This document shows, piece after piece, positions 27,331 through 38,739 of a DNA stretch of 64,000 nucleotides. The notes beneath the pieces were generated by a model, which worked only from the letters and a program-made list of their open reading frames with translations, ran no database searches and had not been told where the DNA came from. Source of the stretch: Eledone cirrhosa (taxonomy: Eukaryota). The position numbers were made by a program, and so were the translations under genes. Numbering within the stretch: position 1 is the stretch's first letter; the number at the start of each line of letters is the position of its first letter. The stretch covers positions 32,364,001 through 32,428,000 of the forward strand of contig OZ024743.1 of the NCBI GenBank assembly GCA_964016885.1, written 5' to 3'.

Positions 27331-30300
27331 TTAGAGATGCCTACTGGCAAGGCGGGTCTTCTCTGTTACTGAGTACCGCCAAAGGTCTCGGTCCAGTGAC
27401 ATTGTCTTGGAGAGGTGTAAGTGTGTGAGGTCGGAGTTTATCAGCTCGTCCCAGGTTTTTCTAGGTCTGCCTATTCCGTGGCTACCGTCTATCTTTATTG
27501 CCCTGCACTTTGTTATACAGCTATCGACTTTCATGCGCATCACGTGTCCATACCAACGTAGCCTTCTCTCGAGTAAACAACATCTGATCCCTCTTATCTC
27601 TAATTTTTTCCTTAGTTCGTTTATGCTTTGCCGTTCACGTATATTACTGTTACACATCCAGCGGAGCATGCAAGCTTCGTTCCTCTCTAGTCTGCGTATA
27701 TCCTCTGCACACAATGCCCAGGTCTCACTGCCATGCAACATTGCTGTTCGTATGCAGGCATCGTACAACCTGCCTTTCATTTTTAGGGAGAACCCTTTAG
27801 CAGCTAATAGTGGTATAAGCTCTCTGAACTTTTTCCAACCAGTTCTGACTCTAGCTACAGTACTTTCAGAGCACCCTCCCCCACTGCTGATTTTATCGCC
27901 CAGGTAACGGAAGCTGTCCACTATTTCTATAGAACCCTCTGCGCAATTGAAAGAGCTAGTATTGTGTGGGCACTTGCTGCTACTTATTGCACCAGAACAC
28001 CGGCCACATGTAAAATCTATGTTCTTAGTTAGCTTACCTGTGATCCCACTACATCTTTTATGCACCCATACTTTGCATTTAGGACACAAAATTGAGTTTC
28101 TACCTACGCCTTTCCTACACACCGAGCACGACCATTTCCCAGAAGGGACCGCCGCCTTGTTTTCTTTCCTACAAACTAGAACTTTGGTCTTAGCCAGGTT
28201 AATTTTAAGTCCTTTTGACTCTAGGCCGTGCTTCCATGTTTGGAATTTCTTCTCTAGCTCGGCCATTGATTCCGCTATGAGTGTCAGGTCGTCTGCGTAT
28301 AGGAGTTCCCATGGGCAGCCTGTCTTGAACTCCTCTGTTATAGCCTGAAGGGCAATAATAAATAGTAGGGGGCTGAGAACAGAGCCCTGATGGACGCCAA
28401 CTTTTACGCTAAACTCTTCACTATATTCGTTGTTAATTCTAACCTTGCTGACTGTTTCTTTATACATGGCTTGTATAGCCCTCACAAGCCATTCGTCAAC
28501 GCCTAGTTTTCTAAGAGCCCACCAGATAATGGAGCGGGGGACTCTGTCGAAGGCTTTCTCCAAGTCGACAAAAGCTAAGTAGAGGGGTTTACCTTTAGCT
28601 AGGTACTTCTCCTGTAGTTGTCGTACTATGAAAAGAGCGTCTGTGGTACTTTTGCCTGACACAAACCCGAACTGCATTCCATCTAGGTCAATTCTCTCTC
28701 TGATTAGTTGCGCTATTACTTTTTCTGTGACCTTCATGACCTGGTCGATTAATTTAATGCCTCTATAGTTACTCCTATCTAGGGCGTCTCCTTTACCCTT
28801 ATAACAGTTAACGATGATGCTGCTATGCCAGTCCTTCGGAACAACCCCATTCTGTACGACTTGGTTAACTATGCGGGTGACCATGGTGTGTCCCACCGTG
28901 CCAGATGCCTTCAGCATCTCAGCAACTATTTCCGAAGGCCCAGCCGCCTTACCTGTCTTCATATCCTTGATTGCCTTACTTATTATACTCCCCTCGACTA
29001 ACACTGCTGGTCCCTCTATTGGGTCGACATGGGGGAGACTGTCTTTCTCCCATTTATTCTCCTCATTTAGTAGCCTTTCATAGTGACACTTCCAAGCTGC
29101 CTTCTTATCAGTGTCGGTGATGGCAAGTATGCCATCATCGTTAAGTACACACTTCTCCCCGACAATATCACGGTTTTCCTTGACGCATTGCCTAGCAATC
29201 CTGAACACCTCACGTTTTTGGTCATCGCGTTGTAGGACATGCTTGAACTTTCTTTCCTCAGCTTCCCTTCTTGCTAAGTACACTTCTCTCCTAGCTTCCC
29301 TCCTGGCCACTTGATAGTCTACTCTACTTCCCCCATCCCGCCATACTTTCCAAGCCTGCTTTTTGGCCTTAATTGACTCCTCCACCTTACTGTTCCACCA
29401 CCATGTTACTCTCCTCCTGCCTACAGGCCTGCTCCAGCCACAGACTTCGTCTGTGGCCAACAGCAGGTTTGCTTTCAGAAATTCCCACTGTCCCTCTATA
29501 TTGTCCGACTCTAAGTGTTCTTCCTTACTGTCGAAAGCATCAAGTAATATGTTTTGAAATTTATTTTTGGCTGTGGGGTCCTTTAGCTTCCATATTTTTC
29601 TCCTGAGGATAGTCCTCTTCTGCTGTCGAGTACGTCTCGACCTGACTATGAGGTCGCTAATTATCAGTCTATGTTGGGAGGTGCATTCTTCATGGGGGAG
29701 GGATTTAGTGTTTACAACAGACACTCTGTCACGTCTTCTGGTAAGGATATAATCTACCTGGCTTGTGTGTTCCCCGGATCTATAGGTGATCAGGTGATTG
29801 TCACGTTTTTTGAAGTTAGTGTTACAGATAGTTAGGTTATTTGCATCACAGAATTCCAGGATTCTGGAGCCTTCCTCATTTCTAGTACCAAACCCATAGC
29901 CTCCATGGATTTCGTCGTAGCCGTCACAATGTTGCCCAACGTGACCATTTAGGTCGCCTGCAATAATTATATAGTCACTGTCAGATATTTGGGAGGTAGT
30001 GAGCATCAGTGTCTCATAGAATCTGTCTTTTATAGTGCCGGGCAGTCCGGATTGGGGTGCATACGCAGATATTACTGTCACCGTAGTTCTATTGAGGACA
30101 AGTCGTATTTTAATTATTCTGTCGTTCACTCTATTTACGTCTATTATCTTATCCGCCCACTTTTCTGCTACCATGATTCCTACTCCACCCAGCCCATCGT
30201 CGTTTCCCACCCAGAAAAGCTTATAACATCGTTTTTTACCCTCAATGAATCTAGCAGACCCACCCCTCCACCTGGTCTCTTGAATACAACAAACATCGAC

Positions 30301-30585
30301 CTCCTTACGTTCAAGCATTTCTACAACCTCGTTAGCGCGCCCCTTTAGGGTGCCTACATTTATGGTACCAACTCTGAAGTTTTGGATCGCGTTTGGAGGG
30401 TGGGGGTGGTGTGGGGCGGGGGGAGATGGGGTTATGTTAGCCATCCGCGGGCGAAACAAAGAAGAGTGCTCGCATTCTCGTCCACGAGGTGAATTTGACT
30501 TTAGCATTGGCATTTTCGCTCTGAGCGTCCAGATTTTTCTCTCCCTTCCACTCTCCAGGATTCCGCAGTCCGTCCATCCATCCAT
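27331..30585 (-). CDS. RTE LINE polyprotein: APE endonuclease + reverse transcriptase with embedded PHD finger (likely start Met at 30444)
   Basis: APE motifs GTINVGTL, CIQETRW, SAYAPQ, GDLNGHVG, SQVDYIL, TSQHRL. RT motifs YRGIKL, QFGF, FVDLEKAFDRVP, GVHQGSVLSP, LLYADD, FRYLG. C-terminal RRLRWYGHVMR and GRPRKTW are typical of RTE. No stops or frameshifts. Confidence 0.95.
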   Translation of the reverse strand: MDGWTDCGILESGRERKIWTLRAKMPMLKSNSPRGRECEHSSLFRPRMANITPSPPAPHHPHPPNAIQNFRVGTINVGTLKGRANEVVEMLERKEVDVCCIQETRWRGGSARFIEGKKRCYKLFWVGNDDGLGGVGIMVAEKWADKIIDVNRVNDRIIKIRLVLNRTTVTVISAYAPQSGLPGTIKDRFYETLMLTTSQISDSDYIIIAGDLNGHVGQHCDGYDEIHGGYGFGTRNEEGSRILEFCDANNLTICNTNFKKRDNHLITYRSGEHTSQVDYILTRRRDRVSVVNTKSLPHEECTSQHRLIISDLIVRSRRTRQQKRTILRRKIWKLKDPTAKNKFQNILLDAFDSKEEHLESDNIEGQWEFLKANLLLATDEVCGWSRPVGRRRVTWWWNSKVEESIKAKKQAWKVWRDGGSRVDYQVARREARREVYLARREAEERKFKHVLQRDDQKREVFRIARQCVKENRDIVGEKCVLNDDGILAITDTDKKAAWKCHYERLLNEENKWEKDSLPHVDPIEGPAVLVEGSIISKAIKDMKTGKAAGPSEIVAEMLKASGTVGHTMVTRIVNQVVQNGVVPKDWHSSIIVNCYKGKGDALDRSNYRGIKLIDQVMKVTEKVIAQLIRERIDLDGMQFGFVSGKSTTDALFIVRQLQEKYLAKGKPLYLAFVDLEKAFDRVPRSIIWWALRKLGVDEWLVRAIQAMYKETVSKVRINNEYSEEFSVKVGVHQGSVLSPLLFIIALQAITEEFKTGCPWELLYADDLTLIAESMAELEKKFQTWKHGLESKGLKINLAKTKVLVCRKENKAAVPSGKWSCSVCRKGVGRNSILCPKCKVWVHKRCSGITGKLTKNIDFTCGRCSGAISSSKCPHNTSSFNCAEGSIEIVDSFRYLGDKISSGGGCSESTVARVRTGWKKFRELIPLLAAKGFSLKMKGRLYDACIRTAMLHGSETWALCAEDIRRLERNEACMLRWMCNSNIRERQSINELRKKLEIRGIRCCLLERRLRWYGHVMRMKVDSCITKCRAIKIDGSHGIGRPRKTWDELINSDLTHLHLSKTMSLDRDLWRYSVTEKTRLASRHL

Positions 30586-30626
30586 CCATCATATATCGAA
30601 GGCAACCGTGCAAGCGATAGTATAGG

Positions 30627-30797
30627 CCTCTGGCTTATGATTGGTCCGCGTAATAATAATAATGGTGATGCATGTGGGGGGGGGGGGTCTCTGGCTTATA
30701 GTAATAATGGTGATGCGTGTGGGGGGGGTCTCTGGCTTATGATTGGTCCACGTATTAAGAATGGTGGTGTGTGGGGGCGGGTGTGTGGGGGCGGGTG
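30627..30797 (-). promoter_or_regulatory. Unique RTE 5' UTR with duplicated CCAAT boxes and GC boxes
   Basis: CTCTGGCTTATGATTGGTCC occurs twice (CCAAT on minus) and GGGGGCGGGT occurs twice (Sp1-type), just upstream of the ORF. Confidence 0.4.
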
Positions 30798-30811
30798 GGA
30801 GGGATGTGGGG

Positions 30812-33800
30812 TAGCTAGCTGGAAGGTTATGAATGTTTACCAGCGAGTAACAAAAAGCAAAACTGCAAGATTTGTTCTGTTCAATACGACAAAAACACCG
30901 TATTTAAACCTTAATAAATAACAAAAAATACAGATTTCGGATTTTGCGGGATTGGATGTTTGTACGAAATTGTGGTGTGTGGAGGAGATAGGAAAAACGT
31001 GAACGTTACGATTACATGGTTACACCGTAGTAGGGGTAGTTGAAGCAGCAATTGTTTGGCGAAAGTGAATAAACATGAACGGGAATTTATCTTATATATA
31101 TATGTGTGTGTGTGTGTGTAGCTAAGAGAGAGAGAGAGAGAGTGGGAAGGGGGAGAGAGAGAGAGAGAGAGTGGCTGACCGCAACCCCTCGTGAAGAAAA
31201 TGGTGGGTGAAGGGTGTATGAGCGGGATTTTTGACTTTCGAGGTAGCATGATATATATATTTAAAGTAAATTATAAGAAGTAGAATGGAAAGGATTTTGT
31301 TGTTTTTTGTTTTTTTGTTTGAGAATACGATAGAATTAGGGAATTGGAGGATACGATAGAATTAAGAATGGGAAGGATTTTGTTTTTTTGTTTGGGAATA
31401 CGATGGAATTAAGGAATTTAAGGAATTGGAGAATACGATAGAATTAGCTAGCTGGAAGGTTATGAATGTTTACCAGCGAGTAACAAAAAGCAAAACTGCA
31501 AGATTTGTTCTGTTCAATACGACAAAAACACCGTATTTAAACCTTAATAAATAACAAAAAATACAGATTTCGGATTTTGCGGGATTGGATGTTTGTACGA
31601 AATTGTGGTGTGTGGAGGAGATAGGAAAAACGTGAACGTTACGATTACATGGTTACACCGTAGTAGGGGTAGTTGAAGCAGCAATTGTTTGGCGAAAGTG
31701 AATAAACATGAACGGGAATTTATCTTATATATATATGTGTGTGTGTGTGTGTAGCTAAGAGAGAGGGAGAGAGAGTGGGAAGGGGGAGAGAGAGAGAGAG
31801 AGAGTGGCTGACCGCAACCCCTCGTGAAGAAAATGGTGGGTGAAGGGTGTATGAGCGGGATTTTTGACTTTCGAGGTAGCATGATATATATATTTAAAGT
31901 AAATTATAAGAAGTAGAATGGAAAGGATTTTGTTGTTTTTTGTTTTTTTGTTTGAGAATACGATAGAATTAGGGAATTGGAGGATACGATAGAATTAAGA
32001 ATGGGAAGGATTTTGTTTTTTTGTTTGGGAATACGATGGAATTAAGGAATTTAAGGAATTGGAGAATACGATAGAATTAGCTAGCTGGAAGGTTATGAAT
32101 GTTTACCAGCGAGTAACAAAAAGCAAAACTGCAAGATTTGTTCTGTTCAATACGACAAAAACACCGTATTTAAACCTTAATAAATAACAAAAAATACAGA
32201 TTTCGGATTTTGCGGGATTGGATGTTTGTACGAAATTGTGGTGTGTGGAGGAGATAGGAAAAACGTGAACGTTACGATTACATGGTTACACCGTAGTAGG
32301 GGTAGTTGAAGCAGCAATTGTTTGGCGAAAGTGAATAAACATGAACGGGAATTTATCTTATATATATATGTGTGTGTGTGTGTGTAGCTAAGAGAGAGGG
32401 AGAGAGAGTGGGAAGGGGGAGAGAGAGAGAGAGAGAGTGGCTGACCGCAACCCCTCGTGAAGAAAATGGTGGGTGAAGGGTGTATGAGCGGGATTTTTGA
32501 CTTTCGAGGTAGCATGATATATATATTTAAAGTAAATTATAAGAAGTAGAATGGAAAGGATTTTGTTGTTTTTTGTTTTTTTGTTTGAGAATACGATAGA
32601 ATTAGGGAATTGGAGGATACGATAGAATTAAGAATGGGAAGGATTTTGTTTTTTTGTTTGGGAATACGATGGAATTAAGGAATTTAAGGAATTGGAGAAT
32701 ACGATAGAATTAGCTAGCTGGAAGGTTATGAATGTTTACCAGCGAGTAACAAAAAGCAAAACTGCAAGATTTGTTCTGTTCAATACGACAAAAACACCGT
32801 ATTTAAACCTTAATAAATAACAAAAAATACAGATTTCGGATTTTGCGGGATTGGATGTTTGTACGAAATTGTGGTGTGTGGAGGAGATAGGAAAAACGTG
32901 AACGTTACGATTACATGGTTACACCGTAGTAGGGGTAGTTGAAGCAGCAATTGTTTGGCGAAAGTGAATAAACATGAACGGGAATTTATCTTATATATAT
33001 ATGTGTGTGTGTGTGTGTAGCTAAGAGAGAGAGAGAGAGAGTGGGAAGGGGGAGAGAGAGAGAGAGAGAGTGGCTGACCGCAACCCCTCGTGAAGAAAAT
33101 GGTGGGTGAAGGGTGTATGAGCGGGATTTTTGACTTTCGAGGTAGCATGATATATATATTTAAAGTAAATTATAAGAAGTAGAATGGAAAGGATTTTGTT
33201 GTTTTTTGTTTTTTTGTTTGAGAATACGATAGAATTAGGGAATTGGAGGATACGATAGAATTAAGAATGGGAAGGATTTTGTTTTTTTGTTTGGGAATAC
33301 GATGGAATTAAGGAATTTAAGGAATTGGAGAATACGATAGAATTAGCTAGCTGGAAGGTTATGAATGTTTACCAGCGAGTAACAAAAAGCAAAACTGCAA
33401 GATTTGTTCTGTTCAATACGACAAAAACACCGTATTTAAACCTTAATAAATAACAAAAAATACAGATTTCGGATTTTGCGGGATTGGATGTTTGTACGAA
33501 ATTGTGGTGTGTGGAGGAGATAGGAAAAACGTGAACGTTACGATTACATGGTTACACCGTAGTAGGGGTAGTTGAAGCAGCAATTGTTTGGCGAAAGTGA
33601 ATAAACATGAACGGGAATTTATCTTATATATATATGTGTGTGTGTGTGTGTAGCTAAGAGAGAGAGAGAGAGAGTGGGAAGGGGGAGAGAGAGAGAGAGA
33701 GAGTGGCTGACCGCAACCCCTCGTGAAGAAAATGGTGGGTGAAGGGTGTATGAGCGGGATTTTTGACTTTCGAGGTAGCATGATATATATATTTAAAGTA

Positions 33801-35251
33801 AATTATAAGAAGTAGAATGGAAAGGATTTTGTTGTTTTTTGTTTTTTTGTTTGAGAATACGATAGAATTAGGGAATTGGAGGATACGATAGAATTAAGAA
33901 TGGGAAGGATTTTGTTTTTTTGTTTGGGAATACGATGGAATTAAGGAATTTAAGGAATTGGAGAATACGATAGAATTAGCTAGCTGGAAGGTTATGAATG
34001 TTTACCAGCGAGTAACAAAAAGCAAAACTGCAAGATTTGTTCTGTTCAATACGACAAAAACACCGTATTTAAACCTTAATAAATAACAAAAAATACAGAT
34101 TTCGGATTTTGCGGGATTGGATGTTTGTACGAAATTGTGGTGTGTGGAGGAGATAGGAAAAACGTGAACGTTACGATTACATGGTTACACCGTAGTAGGG
34201 GTAGTTGAAGCAGCAATTGTTTGGCGAAAGTGAATAAACATGAACGGGAATTTATCTTATATATATATGTGTGTGTGTGTGTGTAGCTAAGAGAGAGAGA
34301 GAGAGAGTGGGAAGGGGGAGAGAGAGAGAGAGAGAGTGGCTGACCGCAACCCCTCGTGAAGAAAATGGTGGGTGAAGGGTGTATGAGCGGGATTTTTGAC
34401 TTTCGAGGTAGCATGATATATATATTTAAAGTAAATTATAAGAAGTAGAATGGAAAGGATTTTGTTGTTTTTTGTTTTTTTGTTTGAGAATACGATAGAA
34501 TTAGGGAATTGGAGGATACGATAGAATTAAGAATGGGAAGGATTTTGTTTTTTTGTTTGGGAATACGATGGAATTAAGGAATTTAAGGAATTGGAGAATA
34601 CGATAGAATTAGCTAGCTGGAAGGTTATGAATGTTTGCCAGCGAGTAACAAAAAGCAAAACTGCAAGATTTGTTCTGTTCAATACGACAAAAACACCGTA
34701 TTTAAACCTTAATAAATAACAAAAAATACAGATTTCGGATTTTGCGGGATTGGATGTTTGTACGAAATTGTGGTGTGTGGAGGAGATAGGAAAAACGTGA
34801 ACGTTACGATTACATGGTTACACCGTAGTAGGGGTAGTTGAAGCAGCAATTGTTTGGCGAAAGTGAATAAACATGAACGGGAATTTATCTTATATATATA
34901 TGTGTGTGTGTGTGTGTGTAGCTAAGAGAGAGAGAGAGAGAGTGGGAAGGGGGAGAGAGAGAGAGAGAGAGTGGCTGACCGCAACCCCTCGTGAAGAAAA
35001 TGGTGGGTGAAGGGTGTATGAGCGGGATTTTTGACTTTCGAGGTAGCATGATATATATATTTAAAGTAAATTATAAGAAGTAGAATGGAAAGGATTTTGT
35101 TGTTTTTTGTTTTTTTGTTTGAGAATACGATAGAATTAGGGAATTGGAGGATACGATAGAATTAAGAATGGGAAGGATTTTGTTTTTTTTGTTTGGGAAT
35201 ACGATGGAATTAAGGAATTTAAGGAATTGGAGAATACGATAGAATTAGCTA
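30812..35251. repeat. Tandem array of 7 x 633-bp monomers (7th is 636 bp) plus terminal TAGCTA redundancy
   Basis: Unit starts TAGCTAGCTGGAAGG at 30812, 31445, 32078, 32711, 33344, 33977 and 34610. The array ends with TAGCTA at 35246-35251. Identical 112-aa ORFs recur every 633 bp. Confidence 0.98.
31063..31098 (-). promoter_or_regulatory. Candidate Pol II core promoter (TATA + initiator) present in every 633-bp monomer
   Basis: Minus strand reads TATATAAG...TTCACTT. The T of TATAAG (31096) lies 30 nt upstream of the Inr-like A (31066). Motif match only, and the TATA is part of a (TA)n tract. Confidence 0.4.
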
Positions 35252-35369
35252 TTATATATATATATATATCAGATAGGGTGTGGTAAAAACCAGCTAGCTC
35301 GGATCTAGCTGCCAAAATGACCGGAGCTCAGCCACCGAGGGTCCTGAATCTTTTCATATATGTATATAC

Positions 35370-35980
35370 ATGGTGGCTGCCAACTCGTTTTCGAGTACGG
35401 CCACTACTTTATATCCATGTAGGAGAACCCCTACCGATGCGCTGAACGAGTGTGGCATTTTAGTCCAGCCAGCGACTTGAAAACTCTGGTACAAACACTA
35501 CACTTGTGACAATTATTGACACATAGTGCTGGGCCCATGGTACCATGTGACGACAAGTGCAGAGAGATCTCCAAATATAAAGCAATGCCTGTGCCATGAA
35601 GCTTTTATAGTCAGCAAAGGCACTGCACAAAGCCAGTCCCACTCTCTTAATCAAGATGATATTTACCAAAAAGAAGAACAAGTCGACATCATTGGATACC
35701 ATCAGGTTTGCAGGTGTTATATCAGAGTTTTCCTTCTCCTAGAATTCTGCCTTGACAAAGGCTAAGGAGTCATCTCTCCCGGTGATTTTGGATGGCCATT
35801 GACTCTTAAGAGCTCCTTTGCCCTTTGACAGGTTTTGTTTTTAGTCCTGCAGGATGTCCAAAGTCACCCTCCTCACTCAACAAACCTTGGTGGGGTTGCC
35901 AGTTTAGTCGCCAACGACCCGACCATGAGACAGGTTGTACTGGGATACATGTTACCAGTAGCACCAACTGGTGACCTGAC
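35370..35980 (-). mobile_element. Non-autonomous RTE-derived element (5' UTR + 3' tail); related copy at 16101-16410, tail only at 55432-55475
   Basis: Minus strand has the RTE 5' UTR-type motif TCTAGGAGAAGGAAAACTCTGAT and the 3' tail CTCGAAAACGAG...GCAGCCA. No ORF. Confidence 0.6.
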
Positions 35981-35985
35981 ATATG

Positions 35986-36025
<40 letters not shown>

Positions 36026-36050
36026 TACACACACACACATATATATATAT

Positions 36051-36937
36051 AGCTAAGACAGAAGTGTTGATGAGTAGAAAAGAGGACAAAACTCTGATTC
36101 CGTCAGGGAAATGACCATGTTCGATATGCAGAAAAGGAACTGGCATAAATTCTATAAATTGCACACAATCCTGGGTACACAAGAGATGTAGCAGGCAAAC
36201 TAACAGGTAGGGAGAAATATGTATGCAGTAGATGTACAGGGAAATTAGACAGTAGAAGTCGCATTGATAGACACATTTTTCAAATGCAGGCGGGTGCTAT
36301 AGAAGTGGTGGATAGCTTCCAGTATATAGGAGATCAGATTAGCATTGGAGGAGGGTGTTCCGAGGCCCTAGTATCTAGAATAAGGACGGGTTGGAAGAAG
36401 TTTAGGGAGCTGCTTCCTCTGCTGACGAAAAACGGTTTCTCCATGCGTACGAAAGGCTGGTTATATGATGCCTGTGTGAGGAGCGCGATGCTGCATGGTA
36501 GTGAGACCTGGTCAGCAACTGCAGAGTATATGCGACAGCTAGAGAGAAATGAGGCAAGCATGCTCTATTGGATGTGCAGTGTCAATGTGTGTGAACGACC
36601 CAGCATGAATGTGTTGTGAGAGAAACTGTGTCTGAGAGGGATAGAATGTAGTGTACGGGAGAGGAGACTGAGGTGGTATGGACATGTGATGCACATGGAG
36701 GATGACCAATGGGTGAAGAAGTGCCAGGAAATGCCAGTTGAAGGAAGACGTGGTAGAGGTAAACCAGGAAAAACATGGGCGGAGGTGGTGAGAACAGACC
36801 TCAGATCGCTGAAGCTCACAGTGGAGATGACGAGGGACCGTGACAAGTGGAGAGATGCTGTACTGAATAAGACCCATCCCACCCTTGCAAGCAGGGAAGA
36901 GCAGACGTAAAATGATGATGATGATAATGATGATGAT
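36051..36937 (+). mobile_element. 5'-truncated decayed RTE, short-3'-UTR subfamily
   Basis: PHD remnant, FQYIGD, GWKKFRELLPLL, ...VLNKTHPTLASREEQT* then (GAT)n; contains stops and indels. Confidence 0.9.
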
Positions 36938-37094
36938 ATATGTGTGTATATATATATATGTATATATATATATTATGTACAATTAAGACACGTTCTCCCG
37001 ACCATTCCCACATCAGATGGAACAAAACCGTCTAACCCCTTTGCTAGCGTGGAAGATGGACATTAAACGATGATGATGATGATGATGATATATA

Positions 37095-37125
<31 letters not shown>

Positions 37126-37387
37126 ATATATATGTATATATAACACATGTTAGTTAAGTGTCTAACAACAGTTACATGTGGCGCCCCTTTTCGAAACACT
37201 CAATGCTGTTACAAGGTCTGTTTCATTTAGGTTGCATTCCAGTGTTATACCTGTGCTATGCAGAGTGTAAATAGATGTAAGAGTTGAAGTCAGTGTTGCA
37301 GCATATGTAACAGGCCGCACTGGATTACGTTACCAATAGCACTCAAAGTATATGCACATAAGCTTGACACACACATACACACCTTAA

Positions 37388-37587
37388 CCCTTTAGCATTT
37401 ATATTACTCTACATAAAAGCTTTACCTCACATAATTATCTCATATAATATCGAATCTATGAGATTTTGATATTTATTTTGAGAACAATACCTTAACATTA
37501 TTATGAGTAGCTGGATACAGCTGGTTTGAACAGAAAGAGGTGATAGAATCCTGGAGGCCGTATATGGCCGGTTTAAATGCTAAAGGG
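37388..37587. mobile_element. piggyBac-like MITE (other copies about 40895-41056 and 42561-42788)
   Basis: TTAA-CCCTTTAGCATTTA ... TAAATGCTAAAGGG-TTAA. Confidence 0.8.
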
Positions 37588-37941
37588 TTAACTATCTACA
37601 CTTAAATGCATACACAATTTATTCATACACAGATATCTGCACTAACCCTGCATACATAATGGATATATATGTATGGAGTGTACATATGTCTATGAAATAC
37701 TCATTAACATGTACATTGATTTTATGAGTAGCTGTTCCAGTGTAAAAACAACTATAGCACTCATTGTTGGAACTGACGGAGGTCCAACACATCACATACA
37801 TATACTCACGCACACGCACTCACACATGTGTTTACACAAACACACATTCTAATTATACACACATATGCACACACAAAGTTTAATCATACATACTAATGAC
37901 ACACAAATATACATAAACACTAACCACAAACTGAAATAAAC

Positions 37942-37974
<33 letters not shown>

Positions 37975-38739
37975 TTCACACACACACACACACACAGATT
38001 CACACACACATACACACACACACACACACGTACACATACACACACAGACACACATACACACACATATATATATATTTGCAAAGTTTAGGTATAAATTTAG
38101 CTGTATGATACTTTAAAGTCTTTACCATTCTGCAGTAATTTGCCTGAAGCAAAGTAAATATATATCCCCTGTAGAGATGTCAGAGCCAACGAACAACTTT
38201 CAAATATTTCCGAGTTCTTATTAAGGTATCTCGTAATTAACAATTACTCACAAAGCAACAATATACTTTCATGTCTTCCTAACTATATTTTAAGCTCAAC
38301 ATATCTTATATTAGTCAATTAGAGGTGGATGGGGAGGGAGAAACAATACTCATGAAGTCTTTTCCTGGTTTTCTTAGACAATGTGGAAAATTAATCACAA
38401 AACATTGATGCCAATGAAAAGAATTAATTAAGATATATGTGTGTTTGTTTGTGCGTGTGTGTGTGTGTGTAAATATATACATATTACATATACTGAACAC
38501 ACACACTCGCACTCATGTTTGTTTGTGAGTATACATAAATGCACACACACTTATATGCATTATGTGTTATATATAACACACATAAACATCCAATCATACA
38601 CATACATATGTATATCTGTGTGGGTGGATCAGTGAGTGTGTGTATATATATACACACACACATTGTATAGCACTGGTTTGGTAAAGATATGCAAAGTGTA
38701 GAGCACTAAGTCCATGGAATAAGTTTTTATATATTATTA

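Larger units (their letters stand above)
26969..35251 (-). mobile_element. Apparently full-length young RTE-clade non-LTR retrotransposon (LINE) with (GAT)n tail, ~330-bp 3' UTR, single ORF and tandem-repeat 5' region
   Basis: Intact APE-RT ORF 27331-30585. 3' end is (CAT)n on + at 26969-26992. Both ends abut (TA)n tracts (26946-26970, 35252-35269). Including the 633-bp array in the element is inferred from continuity up to the flanking (TA)n. Confidence 0.85.

Noticed and set aside
27407-30348. Plus-strand ORFs overlapping the RTE
   Set aside because: Antisense shadows of the RTE coding frame.
30911-34414. Six identical 112-aa ORFs
   Set aside because: They are a by-product of the tandem array, run through (CT)n/(CA)n/(TA)n microsatellites, and are frameshifted in unit 7. 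No recognisable domain.
30812-35251. CRISPR-like array
   Set aside because: Units are wholly identical with no unique spacers, and the context is eukaryotic.
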